Source: Eledone cirrhosa (taxonomy: Eukaryota). From it: a stretch of DNA of 64,000 nt. Position numbers and translations under genes: made by a program. The first letter of the stretch is position 1, and each line of letters starts with the position of its first letter. Shown here piece by piece: positions 47,191 to 59,681 of this stretch. The notes under the pieces were generated by a model that was given only the letters and a program-made list of their open reading frames with translations, was not told the origin of the DNA and did no database searches. The DNA lies in contig OZ024740.1 of assembly GCA_964016885.1 (NCBI GenBank), positions 337,032,001 to 337,096,000 of the forward strand, given 5' to 3'.

Positions 47191-49825
47191 CCAATCTATT
47201 TTGTTTAGACCTGGAAAAGGATGAATTCTGCCAGGTTTAAGATGTCCAAGACATGCTGTTTGTCAGTGTTATGAGCCCTATATTTACCTTTTAAAGCTGG
47301 AATATGATACATTTGTTTTGTTGGCCAGAGTTCTCATAGATATATAAAAAAAGGGAGAGAATTGACCTTGCTATATCACTGGTATTTAAGTAGCAATCAG
47401 AGTTATTATGAGGCATAGGACAAAATGTCTTCTGGTATTTGCTTGTCATTCAAGTTCAAATCTCTCTCAGAGTCGATAAAATAAAGTACCAATCTAGGGT
47501 TCATATTAAAATGCTTACTGCTCATATCCAAATTATCTTGTACTCATATTAAAAAGTGTATTGCTCATCTTGTCCCTGTATCAAAATTGCTTTATATTCC
47601 ATTCTCATGTTCCTGCTTTTACTTTGATTAGTTTCAGTTCAAAACTTTAGAAAGTGCAGGCAGCCCCCCAAAATAGCACAGTATTTTGTCCTATGCTTTA
47701 ACAGCCCTACCAATTTGCTGCCTGAAAGACATCTATACTTTTTACCATATTCCCAATGAAAAAGGCAGCATATGTTTTTCAAATTATTTTGAAATATAAT
47801 AAAAAAATCTGGGAGGAATTTAGTAATATCGTGGCCCTCCTGTCCTGTCTCTTTTGAAGTAAATAAACCCCAGTCATGAAAAGATAAGACTATTCAAGCT
47901 ATATTTTGAATTAATTTTCCTCACTTTCTCTTTCTCTTTTTGAGGTTCCCCATTCACTTATTTCAATGTTCAATGCTTTTTGAATGTTTCTTTTTCTTCC
48001 TCAACTAACTTTATGTCCCTATCGGCACTATCTCCTGCCCCTCCCTCTCCCCAATCTCAATTTGTTCTAAACAAGGAAACAAAACATAGCACTCCTGTCC
48101 TCTCTCAAAATATAATCCAATCCATGGCTCTTGTTTCTGTATCCCACCCACCTGCCCCTATATCCACCACCTGGTTAGCTGACATTGCCTTGCACCCCCT
48201 CTCCCATTTCCTCAACCATCATGTCGGTTGCTTTCTTCACCTACACTGTTAGATCAAGGATGGAAAAGACTGCACCCGTCCCCTATCCACCGCATTCTTG
48301 TTAGCTTTTTTAGCTGTCATTACCTTGTACCCCTCCCATTTCCTCAACTTTCCTGCCTGTTGATTTCCTCACCCACCCTTCTACATCACAAAGGTTGGAA
48401 AAGACTGCAAGCAACAGACATGGACTCTGCAAGCTGCAGTGAAGGCACATGTCTAGGAGGGTTGTGATTCCAACAAAAAAGACTGCATAAGGCAGGCAAG
48501 GACTCTGTAATTCATAGTGAAGGCAACCCATCTAGGAGGGCAGTGACTCCAGTAAATAACGATTGCATGGGGCAAGCAGGGACTCTATGAGCTGTAGTGA
48601 AGGCAACCTGTCTAGGTAATTAAACACTTCAAATAATAAAAAAAACAAACTGATATAGATTGAAAAGGACTCTTGAGTCCAGTAAGACAACCTCTTTTGT
48701 GCTGGTGGCATGAATAATGCACCCAGTCCATGCTGTAAAGTGGTTGGTGATAGGAAGAGCATCCAGCCAGAAAAAGTATACGTGTATGTTGGTATGTGAG
48801 GGTGTTTGTTTGACTCTTCTCTTTGCATGTGTTGTCACTAGTGCAGGCAGTGATATTTATTTATGTCCTGCATCAACAGAAGTCCCACAGCTTTGGTTAG
48901 ATGCATAAAGATCCATGTGAAGGCTGGCACCAGGAAGGGCATTTGGCCATATAATTCTACCTCAAAGGGTTTCATACAACTCATGCCAACATGGAAAAAA
49001 TGTAAGTTGCCAATTCTTTATAACATTGTACTGTTAGTTGTCCCCCAACCCCATTAAATAATATTGTGAGGTCATTCTTTTGACTAATGCCACTGTCACA
49101 CTAGCATAAAGAAGTTAAAATAATGGTTTATGGGAAGTTGCATGGCCTAGTGGGGTTGTGCTCACAATCATATGTCGCAAGTTGAATTCCTACACTGGGT
49201 AGTGTGTTGTTTCCTTAAAAAAAGGCATTTTATTTTCACATTGCTCCAGTTCACTTAGATGAAATTGAATAACAACAGCAGCAGCTGGGGTATGAGTGGG
49301 AGTGAGTTAGTTCTGCGATGAGCTGACGTCCTGCCTAGAGTTGAGCTAACTTTGTTCTCTCAGTTACTAAATGACACATGAAACCAGGATAAGCTCTAAT
49401 CATTGTCGAGCCTGTGCAAGCTTGGAAGAAGGACATAAAACAATGCCCCCCCCCCCCTCTCTTACATAATCGTTGTCTGTAAAAAGTGGGAAATCAATAA
49501 AAATGATCACTAGAACTGGCTAAAAGTTGAAAAGTTGACCCTCTTCTAATTAATTAATAACTCAGTGAGATACAGGCGGTCAAGTACTTAACTGTACTAG
49601 AAATGTCAAAAGGTTTCATTTATCTGCATGAAGACTTTAATGAAAATCTCAAGAGACTATTTGAAGTTTGAACAAAGCATGTTGCCTGTCAGATTCTTTC
49701 AACATGCTGTATCAAAGAAATACTTGAGCATGGGTTGATAATTGTACCAGAATTCCTGATAGAGGTAGGGTTGGAATTGGTGAAGGTAGGGTATTCATTT
49801 GTACTTATATACTTCTTACCAGCGA

Positions 49826-50036
49826 CAATAGCAGCAGTAGCAGCAATAGCAGTAGCAATAGCAGCAGCAATAACAGCAGTAGTAGCAGCAATAACAGCAG
49901 TAGTAGCAACAACATCAGTAGTAGTAGCAGCAACATCAGTAGCAGTAGTAGCAACAGCAGCAGCAGTAGCAACAGTAACAACAGCAATAGCAGCAGTAGT
50001 AGCAGCAATATCAGTAGCAACAGTAACAACAGCACC
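49826..50036. repeat. Compound trinucleotide repeat (GCA/GTA/ACA/ATA)
   Basis: Seen directly in the sequence. Confidence 0.9.
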
Positions 50037-51350
50037 AAAAGCTGAGTATATTACTAGTAAATGGGATCTACTACATATGGAAATAGGTATATGATATAGG
50101 AAACAATAAAAGGAATGGAGTCAATTTCAGATCGGATTAGGGAAAAATATATTTCCAATGGTCTTCTGGTGACAGGAGGTGAGATTTGAACTCAGAACAC
50201 ACAGTTTCTGGAAGAGATTCAGCAAAACATTCCATCTGGTTCTAATAATTCTTCTAATCCACTACACTGGATGGTGCTATATTTATCAACTCCTGAAAAA
50301 ATTGAAATGCAAAGGTGACTCTAGCAGAATTTGAACTCAAAATGCAGAGAGCTGGAAGAAATATCAAATCCTTTAATCTGAATCTGTAATGACTTTGCTA
50401 ATTTACCTAACTGTATATCATGTTTGAAAGGTGTCAAATTGGCAGAGTTGTTAGAACGTCAGATAGAATGCTTTGCAGTATTTGTTCTGACTTTCTGCTC
50501 TCTGAATTCAAATGCTGCCGAGGTCAACTTTGCCTCTCTAACCCGCCCAGGAAAAAATATGCTGTGTTCAAACCTAGAGAAGGGATGGGCTCCACCAGGC
50601 TTAAAAATGGCCAAGAAATGTCATATATCAATATGGCACCCTTATCACTGCATCAGAAGTTACAGGTCCTTACATACATATCATATATGAACATAACAAT
50701 AAACTATAGTGAAAGAAACTTAGAACTTCAGAAAAAATGGAAAAATGTTATCCACTGAAATATTCCTCCTCATCCTCCTCCTTTTGTTCTTCATGTGTGA
50801 CAAGAAATCTGAATTTTGCCCATTTGCAAGCTTGTTTCCTGGCCAGGTATCTGCCTGTAGTTTCTGAAACAGTTTTGATTAATGGAGGTAAGGTTGCGAG
50901 CTTTGATAATAAATCAGTGCTGAATTTGTATATTTCTAAGGTGAATGCTTTATCACCACCATGACTACCCACTTGCTGCAGCATTTTACATTCACTTTTT
51001 ATATTGGCATTGGTGAGAAAGGTTGTTATAGTTTGACTGAGTTTCCACTCACAGCTATTACCCTCCTAAATTGATTGGAGGACCACATCTTACTCATACA
51101 TTCCATTTTTGATATGGTATCTATGATTAGTTGCTCTTCTGAACACCAACCACTTTACAGAATGTACTGATGTATTTTATTATGGTGCCAGCACTAGAGT
51201 TCCCTAAACCCTACATTATCACTATTCAATTGCCAACCACTTGATGGAGTGTACTTTGTGTGTACTTTTATCATGGCGCCATGTGTAGGGAAGAATTTAT
51301 TTTTTAAACTTTTGGGTCATTCAACAGATGAGGGTGATGATTGTTATTGT

Positions 51351-51845
51351 TTAACCCTTTAGCATTTAAACTGGCTGTATCTGGCCAGAAATCTCTTACC
51401 TCTTTCTGTTCAAACTGGCCATAACCGGCTGATCATACTTATGTTAAGGTATTGTTCTCAAAGTAAATAATATAAAAATTTCAAAGATTCGATATTATGT
51501 GAGATAAAGCCTTTATTGCGAAAATACAATACTAGATATCGAGTAATGTAAATGCTAAAGTCTAAAGTCTAAAGTCTGTCTTAAGCCAGAAGGCTCATTA
51601 GGCCATGACGCGACTGAGAGTACAAGACTTCCCCCTGGTCAGAATGCTAGTCCATCGCAGGGCTAAACCGCCAGTTATTGCTGGTGCTCATTTTCAGCTG
51701 AGTATACTAGAGCAACATGAAATGAAGTGTTTAGCTCAAGAACACAACATGCAACCTGCCCAGGAATCAAACTGACAGCATTATGATCGTAAGTCCAACA
51801 CACTTACCACTAGGCCACACGCCTCCACTAATGCCAAAGGGTTAA
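51351..51845. mobile_element. piggyBac-type MITE with a tRNA-headed SINE (about 51560-51829, minus) inserted in its right TIR
   Basis: AATGCTAAAG/AATGCCAAAG duplication flanks the SINE, which has a GGCGTGTGGCCTAGTGGT head and an (AGACTTT)n tail. Confidence 0.72.
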
Positions 51846-52532
51846 CTTAAAGTCATACTTAATCAAGCAGTCCTGTGGTCAGTCGTATTCAAGCTGTTTT
51901 TTCCAGACTCATCCTACCTTTCACAAGAAAGTAGGGTGTAATTTGAGGAAGGTTTGGCTGTTATTTCTAGGAGGTTGAAAAACTATAAAGTGACTCTCTC
52001 ACTGATGATGGTGGTGTTGATAGTCTCTATAGTTGATGTAAATATTGAGAGAGAGAAGAATTAAACAGGAGTTTAAAAGATACTGTTTTTGAATGGTGTC
52101 CAAACTTTTTTCTACATGCCAACCTGTGTGGCTAATTTGAATAAATATTTGATATTAGACATTACTGTATTCATATGAGAAAGAAAAGAGAAATCCAACA
52201 ACTCTTGGGACTTCTGCCACATAGCTATCTATTGTTTTCCGTGTCATATCTATTTATTATCAAAGCAGCTATCAATCCCTTCCTCTTTCAAATTAGGTAA
52301 CCAATTTTTTTTTTCTGCGACCTGTTATTTTTTAAATCTGCGGTTTTTATCTCTACAAGATAATGGTCATAATATCACAGTTTAACCTCATCTGCTATAA
52401 CCAATATTTTGAAGAGATAAAAATAGTATATATACATGGGTTGAAAATCCGTCTGGTGAAATACTTGTCCTTGAGTATGGTTTGCTAATTTGTTGTGGAA
52501 CTAACTCTTTCTCTCTCTCTCTCTCTCTCTAT

Positions 52533-53200
52533 CATCATCATCATCATCATCATCGTTTAACGTCCATTTTCCACGCTAGCATGGGTCTGGACGGGAATTT
52601 TTCCACTTGAGGCAAGATTGGTTGTCTTGCTCAGGACTGTCTAGTGGGTTTTCTACGGCTGGATGCCCTTCCTAACACCAACCACGTTTACAGTGTGGAC
52701 TGGGAGGTTTTTACCGTGTTACCTACACGGCCACATTACAGCATGGACTATGTGTTTTATTGTCGTGATACCTACACGTCTGGCGGGTTTTCTACGGCTG
52801 GGTGCCCTTCCCAACACCAACCACGTTTACAGTGTGTACTGGGAGGTTTTTACCGTGTTACCTACACGGCCACATTACAGCATGGACTGTGTGTTTTTTT
52901 GTTGTGACACCTACACGACCTCATTTGTTTCGGACTAGATGTTGTGGTACCAACATAACTTCACATTTAAGGGGGTGGTGTGGATGGGGCTGGGGGTAGT
53001 GGGACGGGGGTGTATTTTGTTAGAGGTGCCTACTAACTGTAGGTTTCGCTTTGTACTTAGGCAAGGCGGGTCTTCTGTATAACTGTGTAGCGTCAAAGAT
53101 CTCGGTCCAGTGACATTGTCTTGGAGAGGTGTAAGTGTGTGAGGTCAGAATTTATCAAGTCGTCCCAGGTTTTTCTGAGTCTGCCTACTCCGTGGCTACC
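52533..53200 (-). mobile_element. RTE family B 3' fragment with an internal tandem duplication of about 139 bp
   Basis: Reverse complement of the 37440-37975 type sequence; the block ttttctacggctgg...cctacac occurs at about 52649 and about 52788. Confidence 0.85.
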
Positions 53201-53217
53201 GTATATATATATATATA

Positions 53218-56200
53218 TCATCATCATCATCATCATTTTACGTCCGCTTTTCCCTGCTTGCAAGGGTGGGACGGGTCTTATTCAGCACAGCATCTCTCAA
53301 CTCGTCATGGTCCTTCCTCATCTCCACCATGAGCTTCAGCGATCTGAGGTCTGTTCTCCCCACCTTCGCCCATGTTTTCCGTGGTCTACCTCTACCACGT
53401 GTTCCTTCAACTGGCATTTCCTGGCACTTCTTCACCCATCGGTCATCCTCCATGCGCATCACATGTCCATACCACCTCAGTCTCCTCTCTCGCACACTAC
53501 ATTCTATCCCTCTCAGACACAGTTTCTCTCTCAACACATTTATGCTGGGTCGTTCACGCACATTGACATTGCACATCCAATGGAACATGCTTGCCTCATT
53601 TCTCTCCAGCCGTCGCATATCCTCTGCAGTTGCTGCCCATGTCTCACTACCATGCAGCATTGCGCTCCTCACACAGGCATCATATAACCGGCCTTTCGTA
53701 CGCAGGGAGAAACCCTTCTTCGTCAGCAGAGGAAGCAGTTCCCTAAACTTCTTCCAACCCATCCTTATTCTAGATACTATGGCCTCGGAACACCCTCCTC
53801 GCATACTAATCTGATCTCCTATGTACCGGAAGCTATCCACCACTTCTATAGCACCCGCCTGCATTTGAAAACTGTGTCTATCAATGCGACTTCTACTGTC
53901 TAATTTCCCTGTACATCTACTGCATACGTATTTCTCCCCACCTGTTAGTTTGCCTGCTATCCCACTACATTTCTTGTGTACCCAGGATCTGCATTGTGTG
54001 CATTTTATAGAATTTATGCCAGTTCCTTTTCTGCATATCGAACATGGCCATTTCCCTGACGGAATTAGAGTTTTGTCCTCTTTTCTACTCATCAACCTTT
54101 TTGTCTTAGCTAGGTTCACTCTCTGTCCTTTTGCTTCCAACTGCTGTTTCCATAGCCAGAATTTATTCTCTAGCTCTACTGATTCTGCTATAAGAACCAG
54201 ATCGTCAGCATAGAGAAGTTCCCATGGACAGCCAGTCTTAAACTCCTCTGTTATGTCTTGGAGGACTATAATGAACAAGAGCGGGCTGAGGACCGAACCT
54301 TTATGTACTCCTACTTGTATCTGGAATTCCTCACTAAACTCCATTCCTGACTTTACTGACAGTACCTCTGTACAAAGTTTGCACTGTCCTCACAAGCCAT
54401 TCTTCAACACCTAGTTTCCTTAGGGACCACCAGATGACAGATCGGGGTACCCTATCAAAGGCCTTCTCTAGGTCAACAAAGGTCCTTCCTCATCTCCACC
54501 ATGAGCTTCAGCGATCTGAGGTCTGTTCTCCCCACCGTATAGTGGGTTATTTTTCTCTAAGAACCTCTCTTGTAATTGTCTCACCAAGAAGAGGGCATCT
54601 GTCGTACTCTTCCCAGGCACTAAACCAAACTGCATCTCATCTAGTTTGACCCTTTCTCTAATTAGTTGTGCTAATATCCTTTCTGCCACTTTCATAACCT
54701 GATCCATCAGTTTTATACCCCTATAATTGCTCATCTCCAGAGCATTCTCTTTACCTTTGTAGCAATTTATGAGAATACTGCTGCACCAGTCTTTGGGTAT
54801 GACACCACCATATATAGCCTGATTGATGATGCATGCAACCAGTTTAGAGTCTATGTCCCCTGATGCCTTCAGCATCTCAGCAACTATCCCTGATGGTCCA
54901 GCAGCCTTACCATTTTTCAATTCCTTAATCGCCTCTTGGACCCTATATTCGTCAATCTCAATAGCTGGTCCCTCTGTCGGATCTACTGAGGGTAATTTCT
55001 CTTTCTCCCATTCGTTCTCCACATTCATCAGTCTCTCATAATGACATTTCCAGGCCTCCTTTTTCTGATCATTCGTGACACTAAGTATACCGGCATCATT
55101 CCGGACACATTTATCTCCAACAACATCCTGATTTGCATTGACACACTGCCTTGCAATGTGGAATACCGCACATCTCTGATCTTCCCATCACAGAACATTG
55201 GCAAACCTCCTACTCTCAGCCTCCCTGCGTGCTAAGTACACCTGACGTCTAGCTTCTCTCTTAGCAGCTGTATATCTTTCTCTACTCCTACCCTTTTTCC
55301 AAGCCTTCTATGCTAGTCTTTTGTCTCTAATGGCCTTATCTACTGTGCTGTTCCACCACCAGGTCATTCTCTGTCTGGTTGGAGCTCTGCTCCAGCCACA
55401 AGTTTCATCAGTAGCCTGCAGTAAGTTGTCACGTAAGAAATTCCAGTTATTATCTATGCCATATGTCTCTAAATCGTCTTCTTTTTCGTCATATAGATCT
55501 TGAAAGGCTTTCCTAAATTTGTATTTTAGTGAAAGGTCTTTTAGCTTCCAGACCTTTCTTCTCCACACCTTCCTGTATGTCTCCTTCGATCTCTTGCTTA
55601 CTGAGATATTACTAACGACTAACCTATGTTGTGGGGTACATTCTTCCCCAGGGTATGCCTTGGTATTAGACACCATCTGCCTGTCCCGCTGCCTAACTAG
55701 TAAGAAGTCAATCTGGCTTATGTGCTCGCCTGATTTGTAGGTTATTAGGTGGTTGGCAGGTTTCTGGAAGTTAGTGTTGCAAATAGTCAGTGTACTTGCA
55801 TCACAAAATTCAAGAAGTTTCACTCCTTCTTCATTTCTTGAGCCGTAACCGTGCCTACCATGTACCCCAGTGTAACCATCCTGGAGCTGTCCAACATGAC
55901 CATTGAAGTCCCCTGGAAGCATAACGATGTCTCCGTCCTCAGTCATTGCGGTTGTTTGTAAAAGTTGCTCGTAAAAGCAGTTTTTCTCTTCTTTGCCTAG
56001 GCCTGCTTGTGGAGCATAGGCAGAGATGATTGTCAGTAGTCTCCTGCCTACAAATAATCTAAGCTTAATTATTCGATTACTAACTTGAACTACCTCTATT
56101 GTCTTATTGATCCATCTCTCAGTCAGGAAAATGCCTACTGCCCCTAACCCATCATCCTTACCTACCCAGAAAAGCTTATAGCTAAGATGTTTGCCTGCGA

Positions 56201-56545
56201 CTAGTCTCGCAGAGGCACCTCTCCATCTCATCTCTTGCACGCAGCACACATCCACATGCATTCTCTCCAGCATCTCCGCTATTTCAGCAGATCTACCTTT
56301 GAGAGTGCCAACATTAAGTGTTGCAACTCTGAGATGCGACGTCTTCATATTTTGTTGTTCCTATATACTTGTTGATGTGCTTTTAATCGTTTTGGCATTG
56401 ATACACTGGTTGGATGCCCTTCCTAACACCAACGCCACTTTACAGCATGGACTGGTTGTTTTTATTTGTGCCACCAACACTAGAGAGGATGTCTTACTGG
56501 ATTCATGGGCCCTCTCTACCCTCCATTTTACAGCATGGTCATAAC
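53218..56545 (-). mobile_element. Near full-length decayed RTE-clade LINE (APE endonuclease plus RT with internal PHD-like finger), family A
   Basis: APE motifs LRVATLNVGTL..CCVQEMRW..ISAYAPQ..GDFNGHVG..QIDFLL..PQHRLV. RT motifs NYRGIKL, QFG..PGKSTTDA, DLEKAFD, GSVLSPLLF and LLYADDL. Stops and frameshifts are present. The 3' end is ACCCTTGCAAGCAGGGAAAAGCGGACGTAAAA(TGA)n. Confidence 0.95.
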
Positions 56546-56962
56546 CCCCCCCCCCACTTATTGACACTCACGGCACACACACACTCACTCACACACCAAC
56601 ACTTATGCATACAAACACACACGCCACTTACACACCAACACTCATGCATACAAACACACACACCACACACACACACACACACACATATACATATTACTGT
56701 CAGTACTGATACAAAATCAAAATCATGTCAACTGTTGACTTTTCCAGTTCAGTTTTTATATAATAATAATTGTTTGCTTTACAGCATAGAGCAACGGCCC
56801 CCCACTCCCCGGGCCCCCAAAACAAGGCACCAGCAATGCGCTGGGACAGTCACTGCCCCGTGCCAAGAACAGAATAGTTATTTAGTATTCAGTAATGTGC
56901 TGGGTAATTGCTGGCCTTGTGCCAAAAGTAGAAACAATTATAGTTGTTTTTAAGGCCTGATC

Positions 56963-57640
56963 GCTGGTGATGGTGGTGGATGGTGACAGTGATGGTGATG
57001 GTGGTGGTGGTGGATGGTGTCAGCGATGGTGGTGGTGGTGGTGGTAGTGGTGGCGGTGAAGGTGGTGGATGGTGTCAGTGATGGTGATGGTGGTGGTGGT
57101 GGATGGTGTCAGCGATGGTAATGGTGGTGGATGGTGCCAGTGATGGTGGTGGTGGTGGTAGTGGTGGCGGTGAAGGTGGTGGATGGTGTCAGTGATGGAG
57201 GTGGCTGTTGTTGCCATTGTCGTTGTTGCTGCTGCTGCTGCTGTTGTTTTGTTGTTGTTGTTGTTGCTGCTGCTGCTGCCACCGTTGTTGTTGCTGCTGC
57301 TGCTGCCGCCGTTGTTGTTGTTCATTTCACTGCTGCTGCTGCTGCAGACAATGGTGTTGTTGCTGTTGTTGTTGTTGTTGCTGTTATTGTAGTCACTGGG
57401 TTGAAATTTTGAAATTTGTTTGCTTCACGTGTGTGATATATATACACATGCATATATATACATCCACACATATATATACATACATACACACACATTCAAC
57501 ACAGACAATGGTGTTGTTGGTGTTGTTGTTGTTACTGTCGCTGTTGTTGTAGTTGCTGTTGTTGTAGTTGCTGTTGTTGTAGTTGCTGTTGTTGTAGTTG
57601 CTGTTGTTGTAGTTGCTGTTGTTGTTGTAGTTGTTGCTGT
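56963..57640. repeat. Compound (GGT)n/(GTT)n/(GCT)n low-complexity block
   Basis: Seen directly in the sequence. Confidence 0.9.
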
Positions 57641-57706
57641 GTTAAAATTTGGTCGCATCCACTGAGATATATATATACATACATATACACTCATACACAC
57701 ACACAT

Positions 57707-57740
<34 letters not shown>

Positions 57741-58530
57741 TAATAAGGTAATGAATTCTTTTACAATGGAATTAGCTCGAAGGAGGAAAGTACCCCCTGA
57801 GCCGTGTATAAACTAATATGTATGTGATGAAACACAGATACCAACACATCTGTATATATATTGCAAAAGAAAAATTTAGCCAGATTGAAGTATACTAATT
57901 ATTATACTACAGTTTGTCCATATCGATTTAAAATAATAAATCAACGAAGACGAACTGTATTGCCAAGAGGCTATGATGTTTAGACACATTTAAATTTCAA
58001 AATCAAACCTGTTCCGTAGATAAGTTTAAACTTTAAAATCCAAATATGTTTCGAGTTAAATAAGTGTAGGAATATCATGTCCTGCTCTCCTCAGTAAACA
58101 TCCAGGGACAAATTGATATGCTTCACTTCTAAATAATTTAAAAGACTGCGTGACGCACATGGTTTTACAGTATCTAACTAGTCTCATAACCGTACTGCTA
58201 GAAATAACAGTCGTATATATGAGGCGGCTTGCAGCTCAAACTAGGAGCAGTTAAATTAATAAGGTAATGAATTCTTTTACAATGGAATTAGCTCGAAGGA
58301 GGAAAGTACCCCCTGAGCCGTGTATAAACTAATATGTATGTGATGAAACACAGATACCAACACATCTGTATATATATTGCAAAAGAAAAATTTAGCCAGA
58401 TTAAAGTATACTAATTATTATACTACAGTAGTATAATAATTAGTATACTTCAATCTGGCTAAATTTTCCTTTTGCAATATATATACAGATGTGTTGGTAT
58501 CTGTGTTTCATCACATACATATTAGTTTAT
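57741..58530 (-). mobile_element. (TA)n-flanked element with partial tandem and inverted repeat (Penelope pLTR-like)
   Basis: 57741-57911 is repeated at 58258-58428 (period about 517 bp); 58429-58530 is an inverted copy; minus-strand CTGAGGA-GAG...CTC-GAAACATAT core at about 58044-58094. Confidence 0.7.
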
Positions 58531-58632
58531 ATATATATATATATATATGTAAGAGGTAAACAGAAATAACAAAACAAACAGTACAGTATATGGAAGGAAT
58601 ATATTAGTTTAATGCTTGAAATAGCAGAAGCA

Positions 58633-58670
58633 GGTCTTAACGTTTCGGACACTAGTCTTTCATCAGAGGA
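58633..58670 (-). ncRNA. Minimal hammerhead ribozyme motif
   Basis: CCT-CTGATGA-AAGAC TAGT GTCC-GAAA-CGTT-AAGA, with palindromic ACGT stem III and a weak stem I. Confidence 0.55.
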
Positions 58671-58981
58671 AAGAATGAGAAACTAGAAAGATTATTGAGG
58701 AGATGGGAAAAATCGGAAAAAAAGTTTTTTAGAGAAAAATAACAGGCTCATATATATATATATATATATATATATTAGATAGTGAAATAGTGCTTCCACC
58801 ATATTTTTGACTAAGTAAATTAGCCTAATAGTTTGGAGTTATAAAAACCCACAGGATGAGCATTGACGCATATGAGACACTAACCCACATCTTTGGCTAT
58901 TATGACCACTGTGCTAACCATTACACCAATACATCACCCAACAAATTTCCACTCAATTTGAAGCTATATAATCATAGCGTA

Positions 58982-59034
<53 letters not shown>

Positions 59035-59334
59035 CACACTTTATTTCACATTGCTCCAGTTTACTCAGCTGTAGAAATGAGATGATAGGACTGGGGTCCC
59101 TATCATCCCACTGCAAAGTGGTCGTGGATGTGCCACGGCAAAAATGCACCCAGCCCACACTGTAAAGTGGACGTTTAGGCGTCACGGAAAAAAAAGCACC
59201 CAGCACTCACTGTAAATGAAGTTGGTGTTAGGAAAGGCATCCAGCTGTAGAAATCAAGCCAGAATCTGTTCCCATCCCACCCTTGTAACCAGGGAAAAGT
59301 GGACGTAAAATGAGGATGATGATGATGATGATGA

Positions 59335-59681
59335 TATAAGATACAAAGCTTAGCTTTTGTTTAAAAACAGCGAAGAATTTGAAATTAGATGGTGAAATAG
59401 TGCTTCTGCCGTATTTTTGACTAAGTAAATTAGCTATGATTATATAGCTTCATATTGAATGGAAATTTGATGGGTGATGTATTGGTGTAATGGTTAGCAC
59501 AGTGAACATGATAGCCAAAGATGTTGGTTAGTGTCTCATGTTTTTTCCATCCTGTGGGTTTTTATAACTCCGTACTATTAGGCTAATTTACTTAGTAAAA
59601 AATACGGCAGAAGCACTATTTCACTATCTAATTTCAAATTTTCCGCTGTTTGTAAACAAAAGCTAAGCTCTGTATCTTATA
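59335..59681. mobile_element. Element with about 98-bp terminal inverted repeats and a tRNA-like core
   Basis: TATAAGATACAAAGCTTAGCTTTTGTTT...GTAAATTAGC is mirrored at the right end; the core has TGGTGTAATGGTTAGCAC (A-box-like); a partial inverted copy lies at about 58774-58978. Confidence 0.7.

Noticed and set aside
49735-50094. Poly-Ala/Val and poly-Leu ORFs
   Set aside because: Trinucleotide microsatellite; the same applies to 57020-57718 and 62407-62634.
50748-50984. 78-aa ORF with an acidic tail
   Set aside because: No recognisable homology or partner exons; I cannot support it as a gene.
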